This document shows positions 23,707-32,791 of a stretch of 32,791 nucleotides of DNA, piece after piece (positions within the stretch are counted from its first letter, which is position 1; each line of letters starts with the position of its first letter). The notes under the pieces were generated by a model, which saw nothing but the letters and a program-made list of their open reading frames with translations, was not told the origin of the DNA and ran no database searches. This DNA comes from Catajapyx aquilonaris (taxonomy: Eukaryota), in NCBI GenBank assembly GCA_000934665.2, contig JYFJ02004344.1, forward strand, positions 1-32,791, given 5' to 3'. The position numbers and the translations under genes are program-made.

Positions 23707-24845
23707 AAAAAAGAACAAACTCCACAAGAATTGTTCAGTGCTGTCACAATGGTGCCCTAAGGTAAAATTCTGTACCTTAACTGTTTTGATATTGACATGT
23801 AGGCATGAAGTTCAAATGTAAACAACAATAGTTAGTCAGGGAAGTTTAGAATTTTTAAAAAGCAGTAGGCCTACACAGAGATACCTGCAATGATCTCGAG
23901 ATACCGAGTTTTACTTTGCGGCACCAATGCCACGTGTGACCATTTTGTATCTATGTAAATGTTAATTTTATTGAGGGCTGTATGTACACTTATTTGTGCC
24001 GAAATGGACATGTATTCAGATCTTTCAGCATCGAATGTCTTTTGCATAAATCCCTTGGCCTCCCATTTTCTTTCAGGTGACCAGTAATTACGCATCAGTA
24101 CCAGTTGGCTGTATGGGGTCAACTAAATAAGACCCAAATAGTGGAAAAGCTAAATGTACTGATATATTATCTACTGCTACAGAATGTTTCCCAGTAATGC
24201 AACATGTAGCACAGCTATATTGATTATTAGTAGCCAGTCTGGATCAATACCCCTTGACAGGCTGAAACATATGCCTCATATTCCAACACTCATATCCAAG
24301 TGGCTACAACATTAACCTTGAGATATGTTTAGGACACAGGGGGACAGGCCATTATACAAAGGCAAAGTGCTTGGCATGCATGACTATACAGTACGTGGGC
24401 AATTACTTGCTTCACCTTGAACCGGCCTTAATAAAAGTTGCATCAACCTATTCCATGCAGACTACTTGGGACTTGTGATTACATAAGTACAACTGAATGT
24501 CAATAACTGACACAGAATATTGTAAACGGTATGAGACTTTGACGACCACTGCACAAACTGATGAAATCAAGAATAAGAAAATAGGTAATTTATTGCATAA
24601 GGTATGAGCTGATAAGCCTCAAAAACTAGGATTTTGACAAAACGAGTAACGTAAATGTTACACAAACATTTAGCAGGCATATACAAAGTTGATTCAGGGA
24701 TAGGGATGATGACTATAACCTCTACCATATTATGCATTGATTTTGCAGTACTTTCAACAAATTAGTGAAAGCTTCAGTCACAACTTCTTCAAAAATGAGG
24801 GGAGGAAAAAACATGCCCAGCACACCTTGACAAAAACCATACATA

Positions 24846-25300
24846 CAGGGTGGTCGGTAAATGGTGCACAAGCTTCGGGTAGCGAGATTCCTTGTGAAAA
24901 ACCAGTATAGAGAAGTGAAGGTCCTATTGCTCAACGATGCCTGGTTTGGGCTCACGAGGCCTCCAAATCATGACGTCAAATCCGCCCGGGAAATTCAAAC
25001 ACTACCATATCACTACTGTCTGCGGTGCATTGCCAGGGGTTGGCAATGCCTGGCAACATCCCAGCCAGTTTATACAGTTCCATTGTTGGGTGGAAATGTG
25101 GGGGATATCAGCATGGCAACGCACCGCAGACAGTAGCGATACAGCAGTGTTTGAATTTCACAGGCAGATATGACGGCATGATTTGGCCTCGTGAGCCCTA
25201 ACCAGGCATTGTAGAGCAATAGGACCTTCACTTCCCTATACTGGTTTTTCACAAGGAATCTCGCTACCTGAAGCGTGTGGGTCACTTACCGACCACCTTG
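24846..25300. mobile_element. Tc1/mariner-type foldback MITE (455 bp)
   Basis: TA flanks at 24844-24845 and 25301-25302; ends CAGGGTGGTCGGTAA...TTACCGACCACCTTG. The imperfect inverted arms extend well over 100 bp (GTAGCGAGATTCCTTGTGAAAAACCAGTATAG / CTATACTGGTTTTTCACAAGGAATCTCGCTAC). Confidence 0.88.
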
Positions 25301-25531
25301 TATAGATTATAACATTTGATAACCTGATTAGTCTACTTGGCTTCACAATGGTACAAAAAAATTACCCTTGGGATTTCACCTACATAAATTCTATCACCTA
25401 GGTTAGCTTGCCGTTTGCAAAACCCATCTGACTCATAATCATAATATTTCCACGATTGTCACCCTAACATAATCTACAGGGTGCATGGAGAAATAAATAC
25501 AAATGACATTTTCCAATAACTGAACAGGTTT

Positions 25532-28500
25532 TCAGTTCTCATCGTAAAGTGGAGTTGCGTCTCCTGAAATTGAACTCTCCACCATGGACCTGGGACTGGT
25601 GTTGGTCCTTGGGGTGGATCGCAGGCTGTCCCTTCCAGAATTAGACATCTGGGAAGGCGTTCTTGGTGAACGATGATGATGAGACGGTAGCATGGGTGGC
25701 CCTCCTCCTCCTCTTGGTGGCGGCCGGTCATGGTCCACATACCCTCTACTAGATCCAGAGGAATGGTGATGGTGTGAGTGGTGGCCATCAAAACGGGGTG
25801 TCTTATCCCCATACTGCGGGGTCATGCCTGGCCTAAGGGTACAAATACACAGAAATAAGTGCAAGCCAAGTGCAGATGCCCCACTCTACGAATGATAACT
25901 CACCCGAATCTGGGTGTTCCTCTGGGAGTGCCCCAAGAACCAGATCCGCCAGCTGCAGATGAAGAAGGGTTGTTTGAGGGGGGATCTTGCTTTTGTCTAG
26001 ACCTGGCCCACATCTCAGCTGCTTTCTGCCAGTCAGTTCCCTCTTTCAACGAGTCTTGTGGAGGGGGCGGCCTGTGGGAACTGAATAGACCCAATTGATA
26101 AGGTTTGCATTTTTTTCCTACTCAGTTATGTACTACTTCAGTTTTTCAGTTCTAACATGTATCTTTAAAAAAAAAGCCAAATCCTTACAAAGTCAAGTAC
26201 TGGACCAAACAGTTGACTTTTCAAAATAAAAAAGGACGCCAAAGAGACTGCACCTGGAAGGTGTCTGGGGCTGCATGGGTGTTCTGTGTCCAGGTGTCCT
26301 GTGCCCTGGTGTTACCGATCCTGGGTGCAGGAAAGGCCCTCCTTGGTTCTGCTGGCTTCCTCCATGTTGTGACATGGCATGAGGGGGATGAGATGCATGG
26401 TGCGGAGGATGGTGGTGGGAGTGATGGTGGTGGGATGGAGTGTGCTGGTAGTTCCTCGGAGTCTGGTTGCCATGAGGAGTGTGGTAGGGGGTCATGAAGG
26501 GGGTCTGGCCAGACGGGGTGTATGGAGTATTGGCTGTGAATCCACCAAAGCCACCTCCTCCACTGCCGCCACCTCCGCCTCCTCCCCCACTTCCACCATA
26601 AGCAGGGGTGTGAGCATAGTGAGGAGTGTGGTTGGCCACCTGGGAGAGGCTGTGCAGCATATGTGATGGGATGTTCTGGGCCACCATATGGATTGTTTCT
26701 GGATTCATGTCTGGAACAAGAAAATTAATGAAATATTTGACCTGATCTCTACAAAATAATAAACTAAGTTGCAGCAGCGTCATAGGTCACTTTCCATTGT
26801 CATTTACCACTGCCTTGAAAATTGTCAGGACATCAGTCAATTTATATTGTTCCACTTTTAATGCACACACTACCATAGCATAGTGCTCATGAACAATTCA
26901 CTTACTGGCCAAGTTTAGACTTGGGGTGGTTGCTCCGCCCATGTAGGGTGTCCTGTTGCTCATGGCTCCCCTTGGGGTACTTGGTGTCCCTGGAACTGGG
27001 TCCCTAAAGTGTTCCTTGAACCATCGGAATAAAGAGCCCAGGGTCTCAAACATCTGCTGTCGGAAGCGGAAGCCATCCTGGGTCACGGTTATGTACTCAT
27101 GGCGACCTTTGTTGCGGGGCATGTATGATAGAATGAATTTGCCTGGGAACTCCTTAGAAGCTGAAAGAATGTAGTGAATCTTCCCAGAGTTCTTCTTCTT
27201 CTCTTCTTTCAGCATCTCCTCTGACTTCTCACGGTTGCCCCCTTCTGTGTCCTTATAGTACTTGAAGGCCAACAGATCACGCACATGGGCTGCCATTGGG
27301 TTCACATACCGGGCAATGATCTCATCCAGATCTTCAAATTCCTCACTCCCAATCCAGAGAGACTGTCCTAAACTGAATGCATTCTCCTTCCCTTCCTCGC
27401 GAACATCTATGTGCTGATATATTCCATCAGTCACTTTCCAGGTCACTGTCAGGTGGTCAGATCCCTGCAGAAAGTTGGAAACATTACAGCATTTTGAGGT
27501 TGTACAGTACATCATTTTACAAATATTGTATGATAACTTAATGGGCATGGAATCTATGCTACTTTCAACCTTCCTGCTTCATACATGTCAAATATGCCTG
27601 CTCTGAGATAGCCTATAAATAAATTGAAAATTATGGCAACTTCAAAATTTTAAGAATATATACTGTACTTCAAATGCAATGTTGCACAATATTCAATTAA
27701 TGATCATTTAACCCTGGAACCGTGACGTGCCTGAAAGTTACGGCAACCATAACATGGGGTCTTTTAGAACCCCACCCAAATTTTTATTTTTATTAATTTT
27801 TATATAATACTTTTCAATGTATTGACTATATCCAATCATTCTTTGAACAATGCCTAAAATGATCGCTAATTCAAAATAAGCATGCACTTCCTGTTATATA
27901 CTTTTTTAAATGGCAAAAGTTCATTGTAATTATCATTTTAATGCATTTTAATTCTTTTGGGGTCCTAAAAGACCCCACGTCACGGTTCCAGGGGTAATCT
28001 ACATGGAGGTACTATATCGCTCAAAAACATGAGAAGATTTTGCATTTGATTCAAGTGCAGACTGCACTTGCGTCAAATGCATATAGTACATAATACGTAA
28101 ACATGTCTTTGCATATTCATCTTTTCCTTTTGGTATCCTGTGATTGGTTTTAAAAAGTGTGAATGTGTTTGTATGGATCAATTCCTTGTCCACTACGAGA
28201 GGTCAAACTAGCATTTCCGACCATGATCAAGGTAACCTCCTATTTTAACCATATAAATAAAAATTTCAAGCCCATCACACTAATTACACAACAAAATGAA
28301 ACAAAAGCATCAAATCCAAGTCCATTTACCTTGCTTGAGGGCCTGACAATGACCTCGCCCTGGTCCATTTGTGTCATGAGCTTCTCAGCCTCTTTGAAAG
28401 AAATGTTGTGAAATGAAGGATGCACAATGACTCTCTTGATGTATGTTTGGCGCTGTTTGAGCTTGCGGGCATCCTCTTCTGACTTAGTGTGCTTCTCTTC

Positions 28501-31137
28501 CAGTTCGAAATCATAAAAAGGATCTTTAGATGGTCTCCACTCCCCATTTTTATCTGCTAAGTCTGAGCTCTTGGAGGTGCACTCCACAGAGAAGCGCTCC
28601 ACCTCAATCTTTGTCACGCGGCAGTGAATTGACTGGCCAGGCCGCACTCGATCCTCTGGATTTGTGACGTGCTTATCTGACAGGTTTTTAATAGGAATGA
28701 ACCCAGTGATTCCATTGTCTAACCGGACCCGTATCCCTGTGGCTTGTCCTGGGCATGATCCAGCATCAAAATGATTCCACACCTGGACACAAATAAAATG
28801 TCAGATTTGGTATTTAGGTGAAAAGCGATTATGCCAAACGGGATAGTAGTTGATGCAAAACTGGTATTATTTTGCAAATAGGTTTTCATAAGGTTAAGAA
28901 AAATTTGGGGAAAATTTGGCTTTAGCACAATTCTGGGTAAGTTGTAAGAATTATGATGTAAAATGCCAATAATTATCAGTGCAAACAATTTTTTTGGCAT
29001 AATTATGGTGGTGAAACACAAATCTTTCAACACAACCTTACCTCAGATAAGTCGGGAAAGTCATTCTTCAGGCAGAATGGGCACTGCCATAGGCCAGTCT
29101 CATCATTTCTTACTGGGTTAGCTTGATCTAATTGATCACCTTGGGGCTTCCTGTGTGTGATGGCTGCAGAAGAAAACGGAATGTTACATTCAGTCTGCCT
29201 TGCATTCGTCACACTTCAGTTGAAAAATCCTGGTGTACTCACTCATGACATTGGCAAGGACTAGCTTCCCAATGTAAAAAGTCTCAGGAGTCTCCTTTGT
29301 AAGCATGTTGAACAATTCCTCTGGGTTAACTGACTGGAATTGAGTCCTCAGGTCCTTGTAGCGATGGTTCAGTTCTGCCCTGATATCATACAGAGTGATG
29401 CTCTTGTTCCCAAAGCCCTGTCAAATAAAGGAACATCAGTTTCCATAGTTGGCATAAACAAAGCATTACTTGTGATGTGCAAGTTTTTAAAATGACTCTC
29501 ACTTGTCTCTCTAATTCCTCGGCAAAGGCATCTAGATCAAGGTCCTTCAAACGATCTGGAGCTTCTAAAATTTCTTCCAGAGCACCAGCAGGGTTGGCAT
29601 CTTCGTCGTCATATTCCAGAGCATCTACAGCCATTTTCCTGGCCCATTCATAGGTCTCTGGGTGAACCCTGGACCCATCCAGAACTTCCACATACGCCTC
29701 AGTGCTGCAAATTTTTAAAGCCTTTGTTAAACTTCCATAAGGAACAATTTTATCTAAATCAGACACAGCAGAACTAAGTCAATAAATTTTTTGAAGTCTG
29801 GAACTGAAGACAGTAAGGTTAGCTAACAAACTCCTCCTACCAGGACCTGACCCTTGATACCACTAGTAATCCATTTTACATGCAACATCCTGTACATAAA
29901 GGTGAGATTGAGAAGCAAGGAAAAATGAAGACACACAACACACCTGTCCCCAAGTGAATTAGTGTCAATCTTGATAAAACCAGCACAATTGATGAACACC
30001 TTAGGCCCCATGTGGCAAGCTGTGACCAATTGAGTCCTGTTTTCCAAGCGCTGGTTTGACTGCTTCAGTATCTGCAGGTTAAAAATAAATGTCAATAACT
30101 TCAACTCACCTCAACTCTTCAAATGCATAAAACCCTGATAAAATTCATTTCTGGGATCCAAAATATGGACCCTTTGTCTTAAGCAGTCTTAAGTGGGTTT
30201 GTAATGATCTGATACTCACCATTGCCCCGACACAGCTCCCCACTTTGTACTATGTAGCATTCAAATTACATATCTGACCTATTAAGTATTGAAATCTCTA
30301 TCCCCTGGGTCAGGGTATTGGTTTTACTTCCTCATATGTGGCTCTTGCCATCTCCAATTTGTCTAATCAGTATTTTACTGCTTAGGTATTTTACACCTGA
30401 TTCTGCTTTGCAGCTCTTTCCTTTATAACACAACTTGAGTACCTTCAGCAATGCTGCTGACTTCCTAGGTCCCAGACCACACACGAACTGCACTAGGTTG
30501 GCAGTGTAGGGGAAGTTGATGGCACGGTTGATATCCACGCCAACCTCATTGGTTCGGTTTACAAACTCCAGGTACAGGGCATCCAGAAGTTCTTCCTTTG
30601 GAATTTGCTCCTGGTATTGGTGGTACCGCATGCAAAGGATCTCATCATCGCTGGTACATAGTTGTGAGTACTCAATCAACGGATCTTGCATCATTCTGCC
30701 TAGGGAAACAGCTTGGCGAAGCAGCAGGGGGTAGTCCCGGAAGTCATTCTGTATAAAATAAAAGTTGCACTGTACCATACTATTATCCCATTAGGGGAGG
30801 CGGAGTGGTGCTGCGGTATGTATGGCTGTACAGGTCCTGGGTTCGATCACAACCCCGGCTTTCCCCCCTTCATCTCGTGCAGAGTTTGGGGTCATCTCTT
30901 GCTTCATCTTGGGTGGGATTTCCGCTAGACTAACCACCCGGGGAAGTTCACAAAATGACAAAAGGACCAACATTGCATTGCACCTTGCACACCCCCTCCC
31001 AGTAACCCTGCCCTCGGACCAGGGCGCATCGCAGAAAGGCTACATTTGTGCAATGCACACAGTATAATAATAAAGGTACGTGCGATATACTCAAGAGGGG
31101 TGAAAGCACTACACGGATAATAATAATAATAATAATA

Positions 31138-31210
<73 letters not shown>

Positions 31211-32151
31211 TCCCATTGTTCCTTTTCCCAGATAAAACCTCACAAAACTGACTTATAAGTAGCACCGTAGTAGTACCATAATGTAAGCTATTTTCTTGGA
31301 TGAGCAAGTGATATTGGTCAAAAATTTTACAAAAATAATATACTACCCATCACATGCAATGCTTATCGGCAAAGGTGTACTGACCTCTCCTTTGATTGAG
31401 TTAGCGTAGACTTTATTGAGCTCATTATCCACAATCTCCACATTGATGGTAGGAAACTGCTCATCTTCCACTAAAAGGCTCACGACACCCTTCAGATCTT
31501 CCTGAATCATCTGGGCCTCACGTGACTCACCCGAAATGCAGATCACATGAGGTTTCTTTGTGCTGATAAAGTGCTTCAGGGCTGTCAAGTCTGATTCCTG
31601 GATAATTTTAAAAATTCGACATTAAGACTGAGAAACTCAACTGAAAAATGCAAGTTTATTTTATGATATCCTTTAGCTGTGGTGAGATGGATCTTCCAAG
31701 GAGCATCGATTGCAGCCAATGCTGCATGAAAATAAATAAAATAAAACCCTACACTCACCTTATGGAGACGATCAGGTACCCTCCAAGAGTTCTTCCTCTT
31801 GAGAATGTGCTGTAGCCGAAGGTAATCAGAGCAGTCCCCATCTGGTCCTACCATGCAAGCGAAGGCAGCTTGAGAATAGTCTGGCACATAGGCTAATGAC
31901 ATAACCCTCAGGCCCTTGGAAGTGTCCCACTCGTCCTCATCTTCATCAGGAAACTCCACTTGATATGGAGAAACCTTAAGTGAGTTGTACAGATTGCGGC
32001 AACAAGCCTTCAGAACAGACTCCCTTGCTTCAGCCAGCAAGCAGGTTTTCAGCTCTTTCCGCAACATCGGGAACAGGAGCTTGTTAAATGCCAGGTCAAT
32101 GCATTCCCCACGCAGGTCATTCCAATCTTGCACAGTCTTGCTGAACTCATC
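25532..32151 (-). CDS. Spt6: Transcription elongation factor / histone chaperone Spt6 (SUPT6H), 3' 12 exons; 5' part lies past the right edge of the window
   Basis: Exons 31759-32151, 31385-31597, 30443-30748, 29944-30071, 29503-29704, 29243-29417, 29042-29163, 28330-28782, 26906-27464, 26254-26710, 25904-26080 and 25532-25832, all GT-AG and in phase. Domains: YqgF ([15 protein letters not shown]), HhH ([27 protein letters not shown]), [24 protein letters not shown]1 ([14 protein letters not shown]), tandem SH2 ([39 protein letters not shown]) and the C-terminal [10 protein letters not shown]. Confidence 0.97.
27712..27993. mobile_element. piggyBac-like MITE in a Spt6 intron (282 bp)
   Basis: Perfect 18-bp TIRs CCCTGGAACCGTGACGTG / CACGTCACGGTTCCAGGG, flanked by TTAA (27708-27711) and GTAA (27994-27997, a probable mutated TSD). 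Subterminal imperfect palindromes GGGGTCTTTTAGAACCCC and GGGGTCCTAAAAGACCCC. Confidence 0.82.
30793..31210 (+). mobile_element. tRNA-derived SINE with an (AAT)n tail, antisense in a Spt6 intron
   Basis: Starts GGGGAGGCGGAG, with an A-box-like TGGTGCTGCGG, a B-box-like GGTTCGATCAC and an (AAT) tail of about 30 units. The candidate TSD TCCCATT occurs at 30786-30792 and 31211-31217. Confidence 0.72.
31117..31209. repeat. (AAT)n microsatellite
   Basis: About 30 AAT units with one interruption near 31137-31140. Confidence 0.95.
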
Positions 32152-32202
32152 CTGAAATAATTACATGAGTTGGGCTATGAGTTTATCCTTCATGCTATAC
32201 AG

Positions 32203-32416
32203 CAGTGCTTCCCAAACTGTGGGTCGTGAGGGAGGGTAACAAATTATTTTCAGAAAATGATGCCTTCTTTCTTGAAAATAATAACCATAAGGTAAGGTCA
32301 TTTCACTGTTCACCTGTCTTTTCATGTTGGCGGATCGAAATGTGCACATATAGGTGGTCGCAAATTTTACGAGACGATTATTTTGGGTCGTCAACGAAAG
32401 AAATTGGGAAGCACTG
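32203..32416. mobile_element. hAT (Charlie-like) MITE, 214 bp
   Basis: TIRs CAGTGCTTCCCAA / TTGGGAAGCACTG with an internal TGGGTCG motif near both ends, and a perfect 8-bp TSD CTATACAG (32195-32202 and 32417-32424). Confidence 0.88.
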
Positions 32417-32421
32417 CTATA

Positions 32422-32791
32422 CAGGGTGAAGGGAAACTCCCGGACAATCACCAGGTAGACTGGTAGTACTCGAAAACTAATATAGGGATATGCAATTAGT
32501 TTTCGGCACTGCTGCATAGTTAATGCATATGGCGCTGTCAAAGTTTCGTGACGTCACATCCGTTCCGCCAGCTTCAACGAAGCAAAAGTCAGCTCGAGGG
32601 CCTCTGAACAATCCAGCCCTGGATCTGTAACACATTGTCCATGTGCTGCAATAGGTGATCAAATCCCATCCGAGTAAGAATCCAGGTGCGACACCCATGC
32701 ACTTTGTCATTTTTACCTTGTATTCTACCATCCGCCCCTCTACACTTTAAAGGCGCAGTACGCATTAACTACGCAATGGAACCAAAAACTA
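32422..32791. mobile_element. Possible left end of a Tc1/mariner-type element
   Basis: Begins TA|CAGGGTG, the same terminal motif as the MITE at 24846. The other end is not visible in the window. Confidence 0.4.

Noticed and set aside
24861..25285. Two similar ORFs on opposite strands (VARFLVKNQYREVKVLL)
   Set aside because: They are translations of the two inverted arms of the MITE, not paralogous genes.
30948..31307. Poly-Leu/Ile and poly-Asn ORFs
   Set aside because: Produced by the (AAT)n SINE tail within an intron.
1..32791. Prokaryotic systems (CRISPR arrays, operons, defence islands)
   Set aside because: The sequence is eukaryotic with spliceosomal introns, and I saw no regularly spaced repeat-spacer array.

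Overview
Eukaryotic, intron-containing genomic DNA, most likely from an arthropod (inferred from the 23-nt XBP1 intron and insect-like CLIP-190 and Spt6 sequences). It holds five conserved protein-coding genes whose exons I reconstructed by hand with GT-AG boundaries and consistent phases: the 5' part of a CLIP-170/CLIP-190 CAP-Gly gene (minus), complete pelota (plus), complete pescadillo (minus), complete XBP1 (plus) and the 3' 12 exons of Spt6 (minus). The most notable element is the complete IRE1/XBP1 switch: a 23-nt unconventional intron (23036-23058) in twin CNG|CNG hairpins, dual-frame coding (XBP1u with a hydrophobic segment and a WWGPHQKGWNP arrest-peptide-like end; XBP1s with an acidic activation tail), an ERSE-like promoter motif and two uORFs. 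This switch is an established system, not a new one. Introns and intergenic DNA contain hAT, piggyBac-like and Tc1/mariner-like MITEs, two tRNA-derived SINEs, a probable heavily decayed L1/Tx1-like LINE carrying an unusual triple-hairpin insert, and a likely haplotype-overlap assembly artefact at the single N. All family calls are by motif recognition only; no searches were run.
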